A stretch of 64,000 bases of DNA from an uncultured bacterium (GCA_963827235.1 CAWHAE010000010.1:544001-608000), one strand, 5' to 3'; shown: positions 27,720-37,954, numbered from the stretch's first letter. Numbers and translations are program-made. Notes: generated by a model from the sequence alone, not told the origin.

Positions 27720-29273
27720 ATGAGGACAGCTGGTCGAGGTCGCTGGTGTGCGCTCGGCGCGGTCCAATTGGCGGTCTTCGCCGTCGGCCTCGACATCACG
27801 GTCCTCAGCGTGGCGCTGCCTACACTGGCCACAGCCCTGCACGCCTCGGAGTCGGACCTGCAGTGGTTCTCGTCCGGATACACTCTGGTGCTCGCGGCAG
27901 CCATGCTGCCGGCGGGAGCGCTGGGCGATCGCTACGGCCGCAAGCGGGTCATGCTGGCTTCGCTGGCCCTGTTCGGGGCAGGATCGGCAGCGTGTGCCAG
28001 CGCACCGTCGGGCGCTGCCTTCCTGGCCGCGCGGTTGGCGCTTGGTCTGGCCGGCGCCGGCGTGATCGTGATGGCAGTCTCCGCGCTGACCGTGCTGTTT
28101 AGCGAGAAGGAACGGCCGCGCGCTGTCGCGGTTTGGGCGGCCGCCAACTTCCTCTCCATGCCGATTGGACCGATCCTGGGCGGTTGGCTGCTCAGTCGCT
28201 ATTGGTGGGGCTGGGTATTCCTGATCAACGTCCCGGTGGCCCTGGTAGGTTTGGTCGCGGTAGGTGTACTCGTCCCTGAGTCCCGTGCGCCTGCGCCGCC
28301 GGGCGTCGATCCGGTGGGTGTGGCCGCCTCGAGCGCCGGACTCGTCGGTGTGACCTACGGCCTGATCGATGCTGGGCAGCACGGCTGGGGCAGTGCGAGC
28401 GCCTGGGGGCCCATCCTGGCGGGGCTTGCCGTGCTCATCGGGTTCGTCTACTGGGAGCTCCTGCTCACGGAACGACCGGGAGGCCAGCCCCTGGTCGACC
28501 TCGGGCTGTTCCGCCTGGCCTCGTTCACCTGGGGAGTGGTGCTCATGACCGTTGGGACGCTCGCCCTGGTCGGCGTGTTGTTCACCATGCCCCAATACTC
28601 CCAGGCGGTGCTCGGGACCGATGCCATGGGCTCCGGCCTGCGGCTGCTGCCGCTGGTAGGGGGACTGGTGGTCGGGCTCTTGCCGGCGCGCGGTATCGCC
28701 CGCGTCGCGGGGGACAAGGTCGCCGTCGCCCTCGGGTTCGCGGTGCTTACCGCGGGTATGCTGGTCGGGGCCACGACAGGCCCGGCGTCCACCGACGAAT
28801 TCGTGATGGCGTGGATGGCGATCGTCGGGCTCGGCTTCGGACTTGCCTTCGCACTTGCGGCTTCCGCCGCGCTTTCCGAGCTCTCCGCGGACCGGAGCGG
28901 CGTCGGATCGGCTATCCTGCAGGCGGTGAAGAACATGGGGGCGCCATTCGGCGCGGCAGTTTTGGGCAGCGCACTGATCTCCACGTACCAGGCGAATCTG
29001 CGCCTGGCGGGCTTGCCGGGAGCAGCCGAGGCGCTGGCGCGCGGGAGCGTGTTTGGCGGCCTGGCCGTGGCCCACCAGACCAAATCGACGGCGTTGGAGG
29101 TGTCGGTGCGCGCGGCCTTCGTGCACGGTATGGACGTGTCGTTGCTGGTATCGGCAGGGATCGCGCTTGCAGGCATGGTGCTTGCTGTAGCATTCCTCCC
29201 CGGCCGAGCTGCGGGGCAGGGCCGAACGCCGGCACCGGTGATGAAGGGAGGGCCGCGTGCGGTCACGGGGTGA
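27720..29273 (+). CDS. DHA2 (EmrB/QacA-type) MFS efflux transporter
   Basis: LDITVLSVALP, motif A GALGDRYGRKR, GPILGG, W.WVFLINVP. Confidence 0.92.
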   Translation: MRTAGRGRWCALGAVQLAVFAVGLDITVLSVALPTLATALHASESDLQWFSSGYTLVLAAAMLPAGALGDRYGRKRVMLASLALFGAGSAACASAPSGAAFLAARLALGLAGAGVIVMAVSALTVLFSEKERPRAVAVWAAANFLSMPIGPILGGWLLSRYWWGWVFLINVPVALVGLVAVGVLVPESRAPAPPGVDPVGVAASSAGLVGVTYGLIDAGQHGWGSASAWGPILAGLAVLIGFVYWELLLTERPGGQPLVDLGLFRLASFTWGVVLMTVGTLALVGVLFTMPQYSQAVLGTDAMGSGLRLLPLVGGLVVGLLPARGIARVAGDKVAVALGFAVLTAGMLVGATTGPASTDEFVMAWMAIVGLGFGLAFALAASAALSELSADRSGVGSAILQAVKNMGAPFGAAVLGSALISTYQANLRLAGLPGAAEALARGSVFGGLAVAHQTKSTALEVSVRAAFVHGMDVSLLVSAGIALAGMVLAVAFLPGRAAGQGRTPAPVMKGGPRAVTG

Positions 29274-29859
29274 GCGACCAGCCGTGAGCCTGCGCGAGCG
29301 CAAGAAGGTCAAGATGCGCGCAGAGATCCAGCGCCAGGCACTGCGGCTTTTTCGCGAGCAGGGGTACGAGGCGACCCCGGTGCGCCAGATCGCCGAGGCA
29401 GCTGAGATCTCGGAGAGCACCTTCTTCCGCTATTTCCCCACCAAGGAGGATGTCGTCCTGTGGGACGAGCTCGACCCATATCTGCTGGCAGTGTTTCGGG
29501 CTCAGCCGGCGACCATGAGCCCGATACAGGCGCTGCGCGTCGCGTTTCGCGAGGTGCTTTCCCGTCTAGCCGATTCGGACCGGGCAGAAGTGCGCGCGCG
29601 GATCGTGCTCATGTTGACGGCACCGCCGTTGCGGGCAACGCTGGTCGACCTCTTCGGCGGGCCGCGGCATCTTCTGGTGGACGCCGTGGCTGACCGGGCG
29701 GGGCGACGACCTGATGACCCGGCGGTGCGCGCCCTGGTGGGAGCCGTGGTTGGCGTGGCGCTATCGGCGCTCTTCGCCGTGCTGGAAGACGCTGACGTGG
29801 ACGTCGTCTCCGTGCTCGACGACGGGATGGCACGCCTAGAAGCCGGTCTCTCCCTGTAG
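29257..29859 (+). CDS. TetR-family regulator (MftR-like C-terminus)
   Basis: LRERKK, IAEAAEISESTFFRYFPTKED. Confidence 0.9.
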   Translation: MRSRGERPAVSLRERKKVKMRAEIQRQALRLFREQGYEATPVRQIAEAAEISESTFFRYFPTKEDVVLWDELDPYLLAVFRAQPATMSPIQALRVAFREVLSRLADSDRAEVRARIVLMLTAPPLRATLVDLFGGPRHLLVDAVADRAGRRPDDPAVRALVGAVVGVALSALFAVLEDADVDVVSVLDDGMARLEAGLSL

Positions 29860-30201
29860 CGCACGAATGCCAGCCAACGTCGAGCTTCCCACAACGCCGA
29901 GATCGCCGACTTTCAGAGCCCAGAGCACCTGCTAGCACGCGCAGACCATTTACGTGCCGGCGACTCATGCGCACGGGAGGTATCCCGCCTATGCGCTGAC
30001 CAGCGACCAACCGCAGCCACGGCCATTCCCCCAATCCTGCAGCAGCCGGGGGCGTGCTTCAGCGTCCAACGCCGGTTCCTCGGCCGGTCGCAGCCGGCCC
30101 CGTTCCTGCCAACCTCGCCGCGGCCGGAGACTACCATAGCACATAGCTGCCTCGGGACGAGTCCGTGGGCAGGCTCTGGAGGCTGCGTGCTGTCACTCAG
30201 T

Positions 30202-31224
30202 TCAGTCGGTGGTGACCTCCTCGAGGCGAACCGCGCGGCGCTCCCTCAGAGCCAGTCCGGCCGCCACGGCGAGGCGCAACGCGGCGTAGCCGTCCTCGAT
30301 TCCCACCGGCGGCTGCGTGCCCGTCCGGATGCACTCCACGAACTGCACGATCTCGGCTCGGAAGGCGTCAAGGAAGCGGTCGATGAAGAAGGCGGGCTGA
30401 GCCAACGCCTCCTCGTCCGGACCAAGAATAGTCAGTCCCGGACCGCCGCTGCCTTCGACGAACAGCGTGCCGGCCGAACCGTGTACTTCCGCCCGGATGT
30501 CGTAACCGTGCACTGCCTGGCGGCAGTTATCGATGATGCCCAGGGCGCCGCTCTCGAACTTCAGCGTGGTGATCGCGGTGTCGACGTCGCCGAGCTCCTT
30601 GACTGCCGGGTCGACCAGCACCGAGCCGGTGGCGAACACTTCCTCCACCTCGGAGCCCATTAGCCAGCGCGCCATGTCGAACTCGTGAATAGCCTGATCC
30701 TTGAACTGGCCGCCGCTGAGCTTGAGGTAGGCGATCGGCGCGATCCGCGGATCTCTGCCCACCAGGCGCACCAGCCAGGGCGTGCCGATCTCGCCGCGCT
30801 GGATGGCGGCGCGCGCGCCGGCAAAGCCGGGATCGAATCGCCGGTTGAATCCGAGCTGCAGCAGCACCTTGCTGGCTTTCAGGGCCTCGATCGCCTCCAG
30901 GGTCGCCGCCAGACTCTGCGCCACGGGCTTCTCGCACAAAACGTGTTTGCCTTGCCTCGCCGCTTCGACCATCATTGCCGCGTGCGTATCGGTGGAAGAG
31001 GCAATGATGATCGCGTCGACCGAGCCGTTCTCAAGCAGCGCCTGGTAGCGATCGGTCGCCCAGCCCTGTTTCTCCTTGGCCACTACTCGCTGAGCCGCCA
31101 TCAGGTCGATATCCGCCACGGCGACCAGTTTCGCGCCTGGTGTATGGTGCGCAACATTCGCGGCATGCAGAGCGCCGATACGCCCGGCACCGATAACACC
31201 AATGCCAATCACATCACGCGTCAT
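30202..31224 (-). CDS. iolG: Gfo/Idh/MocA oxidoreductase, myo-inositol 2-dehydrogenase-like
   Basis: GAGRIG, CEKP, GFNRRFD, SGG.F.D..IHEFD, GYDIRAEVHG. Confidence 0.75.
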   Translation of the reverse strand: MTRDVIGIGVIGAGRIGALHAANVAHHTPGAKLVAVADIDLMAAQRVVAKEKQGWATDRYQALLENGSVDAIIIASSTDTHAAMMVEAARQGKHVLCEKPVAQSLAATLEAIEALKASKVLLQLGFNRRFDPGFAGARAAIQRGEIGTPWLVRLVGRDPRIAPIAYLKLSGGQFKDQAIHEFDMARWLMGSEVEEVFATGSVLVDPAVKELGDVDTAITTLKFESGALGIIDNCRQAVHGYDIRAEVHGSAGTLFVEGSGGPGLTILGPDEEALAQPAFFIDRFLDAFRAEIVQFVECIRTGTQPPVGIEDGYAALRLAVAAGLALRERRAVRLEEVTTD

Positions 31225-31260
31225 ACTGACACTACCTCCACCCGCCTCGGCGGGCCGGGT

Positions 31261-32361
31261 CTATTTCTTGTCGGGGTCGGGGATCAGCACGTCCCTGATC
31301 ACGGCGTCGAGATCGGAGCAGGCGGCGACGAACTGGCGCAGCGTACGGCGGGTCGAGCCGAAGCCATCGAAGTCCTCGACTGCTATGCCGTCTTCGCTGT
31401 AGGCGCGCCGGAAATCGGCGAACTTCCTCAGCAGCTCGCCCACTATCTTCTCGTCGACCGGCCTGTCGATGCGCGGCTCCACGGTCACGTCACTGGCGTT
31501 GAAGCGCACCTGCCATGAGTAGGGTGGGGAGATCACCACATCGCCGCCGATGAACTCGCTCCAGTGCATGTGATTGCGGAAGGCGGCAGAGAGGAGGCGA
31601 ATGCGATAGCCACGCTCCTGGAAGATGCGGTAGGCCTTCTTGAACACCGCGACGCCCGCCCACTCGAGATAGCCCGGGTCGATGGCGATGTTCTCCTTCT
31701 CCACCAGAACCTTCAGCCAGTCGTCGAGCCTTCCCACCATGATCGTGCATACCGGGCCCATGCTGGCGATGCTCAGGCCTTCATGCTCGCGCCGCTTCAG
31801 GCCGCGCTCTACCGCTTCGGCGACCGCGATCGCCTGCGGCAGCGTGAAGCTCACCGTGGCGTTGATGCTCACGCCGCGGTACGTCGCCTCCTCGATGGCC
31901 GGGATTCCGGCGCGGGTGACCGGAATCTTCACGATCATGTTGGGCGCCAGACCGCTGAAATGCACTGCCTGGTCCACGATGGCTTGGGTGTCGCGGAAGT
32001 GCCTGGGGTCGGTCTGGATCGACAGCCGGCCGTTGCGACCGCCTTGCGTATCGAAGATGGGCTTGAGCAGGCCGGCCGCCTTGGTCGATATCTCCTCGAC
32101 CAGCTTCCAGGCGATCTGATCTTCGGTCGCTGCAGGCATCTCCTCGATCAGGGACAGGATGCGCGGCCGCCAGGTCTGCATCTCCTTCTTCAGCACGCCG
32201 AGCACGATCACAGGATTGCAGGTCGCGCCCACGGCGCCATGCTCGATCGAGTAGGTCAGCTCGTCCGTGGCCGCCGAGTCATTCCACAGGCAGGTCGGCG
32301 TGGTCTGGGTCATCTGGTGCAACGGGCTCTTGTACGAGCTCACCGTGCTGGCTTGAGCCAT
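31261..32361 (-). CDS. Transaldolase-family (class I Schiff-base) enzyme with atypical catalytic residues
   Basis: WNDS, GATCNP, Schiff-base Lys in NMIVKIP, INATVSF, MVGRLDDW. Confidence 0.85.
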   Translation of the reverse strand: MAQASTVSSYKSPLHQMTQTTPTCLWNDSAATDELTYSIEHGAVGATCNPVIVLGVLKKEMQTWRPRILSLIEEMPAATEDQIAWKLVEEISTKAAGLLKPIFDTQGGRNGRLSIQTDPRHFRDTQAIVDQAVHFSGLAPNMIVKIPVTRAGIPAIEEATYRGVSINATVSFTLPQAIAVAEAVERGLKRREHEGLSIASMGPVCTIMVGRLDDWLKVLVEKENIAIDPGYLEWAGVAVFKKAYRIFQERGYRIRLLSAAFRNHMHWSEFIGGDVVISPPYSWQVRFNASDVTVEPRIDRPVDEKIVGELLRKFADFRRAYSEDGIAVEDFDGFGSTRRTLRQFVAACSDLDAVIRDVLIPDPDKK

Positions 32362-32438
32362 TCTCATCTCCCGCGCAGTATCTTCCTCGCCATGACGGCG
32401 AGCCTTGGCACCCGGCGCCCCAGCGCCGGTATCTACGC

Positions 32439-32487
32439 TTGAACACGTGTGCAAGCAGATTGTAGTCCTCCTCCAGTCGCCCGTCAA
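32439..32487 (-). promoter_or_regulatory. Sigma70 promoter and LacI-type operator for the transaldolase-iolG operon
   Basis: Minus strand TTGACG-N17-TACAAT (32487-32459) followed by the near-palindrome TTGCACACGTGTTCAA (32454-32439). Confidence 0.85.
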
Positions 32488-32759
32488 GGTTTCCAGAGGC
32501 GCTAATCGCGCGCGCGAGCGCCGGCCTATGCGACATCCGCGGACACCAGGCTGCCGGCAGTCCGCGCGTACCGTACCGTTCTCGTGCACCGGATTCCTCG
32601 GCCGCCTCCGAACCGTCCGGGTGGGTGACGCCGGCGGCCGCCGCGCCGGATCCACTGGCATCCGATTGGCGTTGTCATACACTCCGGCCGAGCGGCCATC
32701 GCGCGGATGGCCCCAGGGAGACTCGATCGTACTCGATCTGTCCCGCGGGATACCTTGCC

Positions 32760-32808
32760 TTGACAGGGCCGCGTCTCGATGCTAGGATGCAGGTGCACAC
32801 GTGTTCAA
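32760..32808 (+). promoter_or_regulatory. Sigma70 promoter and LacI-type operator for the lacI-mmsA operon
   Basis: TTGACA-N17-TAGGAT (32760-32788) followed by TGCACACGTGTTCAA (32794-32808), the same 15-mer as the divergent operator. Confidence 0.85.
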
Positions 32809-32873
32809 GAGCGCAGTTCCGGCATGGGCACGGCAGGCGAGCGCTGTCCAGGTTGGCTCGAGTGAAGGTGGAC

Positions 32874-33935
32874 GTGACGAGCGCGGAGAAGCGCATCTCG
32901 ATCAAGGATATCGCACGGCTGGCCAACGTCTCGCATCCCACGGTGTCGCGGGCACTCCACCATAACCCGCTCGTCAACGCGGAGACCGCCGAGCGAATCC
33001 GGCAGATCGCCGCCGAGCACGGATACCGTCCGAGCGCCGTGGCGAGGAGCCTGGTCACCCGCAAGACACACACAGTCGGCGTGGTGGTCACCACGATCGC
33101 CGACCCGTTCGTGGCGGGCGTGGTCGCAGGGATCGAGGAAGCGGCGAACGAGCATGACTACTCCGTCTTCCTCGCCAATTCCAACGCCGATCCGAACCGC
33201 GAGATCAAGGTCGTGCGCTCGTTCGAGGAGCGGCGTGTCGACGGCATCATCGTCACGGCGTCACGCGTGGGCGCCCGCTATGCGAACGTCCTCTCTCAGG
33301 TCCGCATCCCGGTCGTGCTGTTGAACAACGAGCATCCAAGCGAGTTCGTGCACTCGGTGCGCATCGCGGACTACGAAGGCGGACGGCTAGCGACGCGCCA
33401 CCTGCGCGACCTGGGTCACCGGCGAATTGGCTACATCGGCGACCGCTACGGTCGAAGCTCGGACACAGAGCGTTTCAGCGGCTACCGCGCCACGCTGGAC
33501 GAAGCGGACATTCCCTTCCTGCCGGACCTCGTGGTACACGCGGACGGCCAGCCGGAGGGCGGCGCGGAAGCCATGGATCGCTTGCTGAAGCTCCCCGATC
33601 TGCCCACGGCCGTGTTCTGCTACAACGACATGACCGCGATTGGCGCGCTCAGGGCCATCCGTCTGCGCGGATTGGCGGTGCCCGGAGACATCTCGATCGT
33701 TGGCTTCGACGACCTCTTGTTTGCGCAGTATACGGAGCCGCCGCTGACCACCATCCGGCAGCCGGAAGGAGAGATGGGCCGGTTAGCCATGGAGACGCTG
33801 CTGCGGCTGTTGGGAGGAAACGAGACCGAGCAGAGCATCAGGGTGCCGGGCGAGCTGGTCATTCGCCAGTCGACCGCACGGCACGAGGATCCGAAGACCA
33901 GGCCCCTGGCTGCGGCACGCGCGGCGGCAGGCTGA
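32874..33935 (+). CDS. LacI-family transcriptional regulator
   Basis: SIKDIARLANVSHPTVSRAL HTH, Y.PSAVARSL hinge, SIVGFDD, PPLTTIRQ. Confidence 0.93.
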   Translation: MTSAEKRISIKDIARLANVSHPTVSRALHHNPLVNAETAERIRQIAAEHGYRPSAVARSLVTRKTHTVGVVVTTIADPFVAGVVAGIEEAANEHDYSVFLANSNADPNREIKVVRSFEERRVDGIIVTASRVGARYANVLSQVRIPVVLLNNEHPSEFVHSVRIADYEGGRLATRHLRDLGHRRIGYIGDRYGRSSDTERFSGYRATLDEADIPFLPDLVVHADGQPEGGAEAMDRLLKLPDLPTAVFCYNDMTAIGALRAIRLRGLAVPGDISIVGFDDLLFAQYTEPPLTTIRQPEGEMGRLAMETLLRLLGGNETEQSIRVPGELVIRQSTARHEDPKTRPLAAARAAAG

Positions 33936-33994
33936 ACGGTAACACGGCGACACTGCATCAAGTGTAGGAATAGCAAGGCAGGGAAGCATCGAAG

Positions 33995-35503
33995 ATGAAG
34001 CGACTCAAGTACTGCGTGGACAACGAGTGGATCACCTCCAAGACCGACAAGTACATGCCGATCATGAACCCCAGCATGGGCGAGCAGATAGCGGAGACGC
34101 CCTGCTGCACCCGCGATGAGGTAAACGCAGCGGTAGCTGCTGCCGCCCGCGCGTTTCCTGCCTGGTCGAACACGCCGATCCCGGACCGCATCCAGCTTAT
34201 GTTCCGCTTCAAACAGCTGCTTGACCAGCACCTGGACGAGCTCACCTTGCTGCTGGCCACGGAGATGGGCAAGGTGCTCAGCGAGGCACGAGGGGACGTG
34301 CTGAAGGCTATCGAAGTGGTGGAGTGCGCCTGTTCCACGCACTACCTGATGCAGGGTGACACGTGCATGAACGTGTCGAATGGTTACGACACGGTCTCCT
34401 ACCGCGAGCCTATCGGCGTCTTCGTGGGCATCGCGCCCTTCAACTTCCCCGCCATGATCCCCTTGGGCTGGATGATCCCGTTTGCCATCACCACCGGCAA
34501 CACCTTCGTGCTCAAGGCTGCCTCGATGGTGCCGCAGACGGCCATGCAGATGGTCGACCTGCTGATCGAGGCGGGTCTGCCCAAAGGCGTGGTCAACATC
34601 GTGACCTGCAGCCGCGTGGAGGCAGATTCGCTACTGGTTCATCCGGACGTGCGCGGCATCACCTTCGTCGGCTCGACCTCGGTCGGCCAGCACATCTACC
34701 AGACTGCCGCCTCGGCCGGCAAGCGCGTGCAGTGCCTGACCGAAGCGAAGAACCACGCTCTGGTGATGGAGGACTGCGTGCTGGAGCGGTCGGTACGCGG
34801 CATCATCAACTCCACCTACGGCTGTGCCGGCCAACGCTGCATGGCCCTGCCTGCCATCTGCGTGCAAGAGTCGATTGCCGACCGGGTGGTCGAGCTCCTC
34901 GAAACCTACGCCCGAGAGCTGCGGGTGGGACCGGCCTATCTACCTGAGTCCCAGCTCGGCCCGGTCGCCTCGTCCGGCCAGAAGGATTGGGTCGAGAAGT
35001 GCATCGCCCGGGGCGTGGAGGAAGGTGCACGGCTCGTGCTCGATGGCCGCGGAGTCAAAGTGTCGGGCTACGAGAACGGCTACTACGTCGGTCCCACCAT
35101 CTTCGACCACGTGCAGCCCGGCCACTTTGTCGGCGACGAGGAGGTCTTCGGTCCGGTGACCAGCGTCAAGCGCGTCAGGAATTTCGAAGAGGGCCTGGCG
35201 ATCATGAACGCCAACCGCTTCGCCAACGGCTCGTCCATCTATACGAGCTCCGGCCGCTATGCCCGCGAGTTCGCCAAGCGCACGCACGGCGGCATGGTCG
35301 GCGTCAATGTGGGCATACCGGTGCCCTTCTCGATCTTCTCCTTCTCCGGGCACAAGCAGTCCTTCTTCGGCGACCTGCACACGCTGGGCAAGGACGGCGT
35401 GGCCTTCTTCACCGAGACAAAATCGGTCACCTCCGTGTGGTTCACGGAGGAGGACTCGCAGAAGAAAGTCACCACGTGGGACGGCACGCTGACTCGCAAC
35501 TGA
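33995..35503 (+). CDS. mmsA: CoA-acylating (methyl)malonate-semialdehyde dehydrogenase (MmsA/IolA family)
   Basis: PFNFPAMIP, FVGSTSVG, GKRVQ....AKNH, GCAGQRCMA, GMVGVNVGIPVP, SFFGDLH. Confidence 0.88.
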   Translation: MKRLKYCVDNEWITSKTDKYMPIMNPSMGEQIAETPCCTRDEVNAAVAAAARAFPAWSNTPIPDRIQLMFRFKQLLDQHLDELTLLLATEMGKVLSEARGDVLKAIEVVECACSTHYLMQGDTCMNVSNGYDTVSYREPIGVFVGIAPFNFPAMIPLGWMIPFAITTGNTFVLKAASMVPQTAMQMVDLLIEAGLPKGVVNIVTCSRVEADSLLVHPDVRGITFVGSTSVGQHIYQTAASAGKRVQCLTEAKNHALVMEDCVLERSVRGIINSTYGCAGQRCMALPAICVQESIADRVVELLETYARELRVGPAYLPESQLGPVASSGQKDWVEKCIARGVEEGARLVLDGRGVKVSGYENGYYVGPTIFDHVQPGHFVGDEEVFGPVTSVKRVRNFEEGLAIMNANRFANGSSIYTSSGRYAREFAKRTHGGMVGVNVGIPVPFSIFSFSGHKQSFFGDLHTLGKDGVAFFTETKSVTSVWFTEEDSQKKVTTWDGTLTRN

Positions 35504-35554
35504 GCGGCCGAGCACGCGGTGGGCCAAGCTCAGACGCGCCTGGAGACGCTGACT

Positions 35555-35598
35555 ATCGCCTGCATCCGTCCGCGCCGGCGCGGACGGATGCAGGCGAT
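35555..35598. repeat. Perfect 44-bp palindrome with no spacer, downstream of mmsA; possible terminator or RNA-stability hairpin
   Basis: ATCGCCTGCATCCGTCCGCGCC|GGCGCGGACGGATGCAGGCGAT; no U-tract. Confidence 0.9.
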
Positions 35599-36139
35599 GC
35601 GTTTCGCGCTGGTGGGCTGGCGCGCGAGCGCCCATTCACGTACCTGGACTCCGGCTCGGCGGGCCGCGCCAACTGGACGCGGGCCCGCGGCCGGTGAGAA
35701 CGGTAGGCGCGACAGATCCTCAATGGAATCCGCTGCCTCCACCGGCTGGTCGTTCGGCCCTGCCTCTTCGCGCGGAGACGCGGTGGGACTTGCGCAGCCG
35801 CCGCCTCGTGCTCGATCCTATCAGGCGGCATCGAATGCGCGGCGCGCCGCGAGTGACGTACCAACTGGTGGCGCTGCTCAGTGTGGCGGTGACAGCGAAC
35901 CTGGCCAATCGTCTCTCGGAGCTAGCCAATGTGCAGTGGTCCGCGCCATGCAGTCGCCCTGGTCGTTACTCAACCGCCATCCTCCACTCACGTATGAGCC
36001 CTGTCGCGTGAAAGGCGCCTCATTGCATCTACACGACTGGTGCGGTAGCGTGGTGGGCGTCACTGTGCTATGGTGGCCCTGAGCGTGCTCATCAGGTACA
36101 TCGCGTGAGAGCCTCGCAAGGCTGGAGGCCTTGAGCCGG

Positions 36140-37270
36140 ATGTCTTTGCGCCGATTCACGTGCAGAGTACAGTCGCGCTGGCTGGGCCGGGCGGTTGGCA
36201 CTCTCTTCATTCTCTTCGACGTCGTTGTGCTGGGATTTCTTGCTAAGCAATTCCTGCATCTTTCCACCGACCAACGGCAGTTCAGAGCCAACGCCATACC
36301 TTCTCGAACGATCTATTTTGGCTCATCAGACGGCTGGAATGATGGAAGCGTGTACGCGCTAGATCCACAAAACGGCACGCAAATGTGGAGTTTTCAGACT
36401 GGCGACGCGGCGGATTGGCCTCCGGTAGATGGTGGCTCTGTATTTGTCAGCACCGCAGGTGGCCATGTGATTGCCCTGAACGGTGTAGACGGTAAGCAGC
36501 TGTGGGCCACGAGCACATTCTGGACCGACGCCGGCTATCCCGCAGTCGCCGGCGGTGTAGTCTACACAGGCGCCGGTGCGCACAACGTCTATGCCTTGAA
36601 CGCCCTCAGCGGCAGAACACTCTGGAGCTTTAGTACCGGCGACCTGATGGAAGCATCGCCCGCCGAAGCGAACGGGATCGTGTACGCGACCGCGTTCAAC
36701 CAGGTTCTCTTTGCGATCAACGCACGTACGGGCAAGGAGATCTGGCACTTCGGCATGCAAATGTGGAGCGGCTCGTCGCCAGTAGTGGCGAGCGGCATCG
36801 TGTACGTGGAGGCTGCCGATGGCCCGTTATACGCCGTGGATGCGGCAAGTGGCCGAGAGATGTGGCACCTTAACGGCTCGACCTCGGGTCCGACCGTAGT
36901 GGCAAGTCAGGTCTTTATTGCCTCAGATGACTACACTCTCGATGTCCTGAACTCGCGGTCTGGCAAGGTTGTGCGGCGCATCCCCATAGGATCACAAGTC
37001 TCGATTGCGCCCTTAGTGGTGAACGGGCTCATTTACCTCTGCTCGGACGACGGAATGGCATGGGCTCTAGATGCAGCGAGCGGCCGGGAGATATGGCAAT
37101 TCTCCTTGGGAGATATTGCACCGACGTCAGTCAACATGATGGATGGCGTCGTCTATCTGGCTTCGACCGGCACGGACACGAACAGTCTTTCTGCCCTGAA
37201 TGCTCGCACCGGCACGGTACTCTGGCAACAGCGATTCAAGGTGGAAGACCCAGGTTCTCATGACAGTTGA
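36140..37270 (+). CDS. Membrane-anchored PQQ-like (BamB/YxaL-type) beta-propeller repeat protein
   Basis: N-terminal TM 'AVGTLFILFDVVVLGFLA'; about eight 'VY......VYALD..SG..LW' repeats; more AT-rich than its flanks. Confidence 0.8.
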   Translation: MSLRRFTCRVQSRWLGRAVGTLFILFDVVVLGFLAKQFLHLSTDQRQFRANAIPSRTIYFGSSDGWNDGSVYALDPQNGTQMWSFQTGDAADWPPVDGGSVFVSTAGGHVIALNGVDGKQLWATSTFWTDAGYPAVAGGVVYTGAGAHNVYALNALSGRTLWSFSTGDLMEASPAEANGIVYATAFNQVLFAINARTGKEIWHFGMQMWSGSSPVVASGIVYVEAADGPLYAVDAASGREMWHLNGSTSGPTVVASQVFIASDDYTLDVLNSRSGKVVRRIPIGSQVSIAPLVVNGLIYLCSDDGMAWALDAASGREIWQFSLGDIAPTSVNMMDGVVYLASTGTDTNSLSALNARTGTVLWQQRFKVEDPGSHDS

Positions 37271-37309
37271 GCCTGGCTTTTGGATCGCACAAGCTCAGAG
37301 GAGCTAGGT

Positions 37310-37630
37310 CGCTCATCGAAGGCCTTGAACTGCCTCGACGCGACCACCCAAATATCGCCAGCCCGTAGTGCATTCTTCAGCTCGGAGAGCGCACAAATCT
37401 CATAGAACCGACGGTCCGCGTCCGCGTCGGTGAGCACGTGGGGTGCCCAACGTGGCTTGATGAAGGCCGTTGGCGCATCTTTCGGGATCGTACGGGCGTT
37501 GTTCTGATACATGTGCCTCAGCGTCTCACAGGCATCGAGCACGCTCTGGGCCGCCGGTGTGCACTTGAAGGTCAGAATGTCCGGGCAGCACGGGGCATAA
37601 CGCCGGACATGAGAGTAGCCGTCGGTGTGT
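37310..37630 (-). mobile_element. Internal fragment of a Tn3-family transposase
   Basis: 'YSHVRRYAP...APTAFIKPRW...DRRFYEICALSELKNALRAGDIWV..SRQFKAFDE' resembles the TnpA mid-region; no ends or catalytic domain. Confidence 0.8.
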
Positions 37631-37690
37631 CCCCTCCGGTGCGGACTCCGGCCACGACGAATCCTAGACCGGCTTGATAACGGCCCGACA

Positions 37691-37804
37691 CCATTCTCGG
37701 CGCTCTCCGCAGAAGACGCCGCCTTCATGGCCGCCCTGCGTGCCACGATCGCGCCACTCAAGGGGAAGCTCCAGGGAACCGCCGCTCGCGAACCGTACGA
37801 CAAT
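37691..37804 (+). pseudogene. Possible N-terminal remnant of an alpha/beta hydrolase (esterase)
   Basis: 'LSAEDAAFMAALRATIAPLKGKLQGTAAREPYD' recalls the N-terminal cap of HSL-type esterases; truncated on both sides. Confidence 0.35.
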
Positions 37805-37954
37805 AGGGCCGCGTCATGCTCCTGTGCGCGCTGAAGAAATTCGATCACGAGCATGCTCATCGTGATCATCGACGGCCTACGGTCGACGGGCTATTGGTCC
37901 TGAGCAAGCAATGGCGAGAGACACTCAAACACTCCTAACGTCACGATCGTCGTC

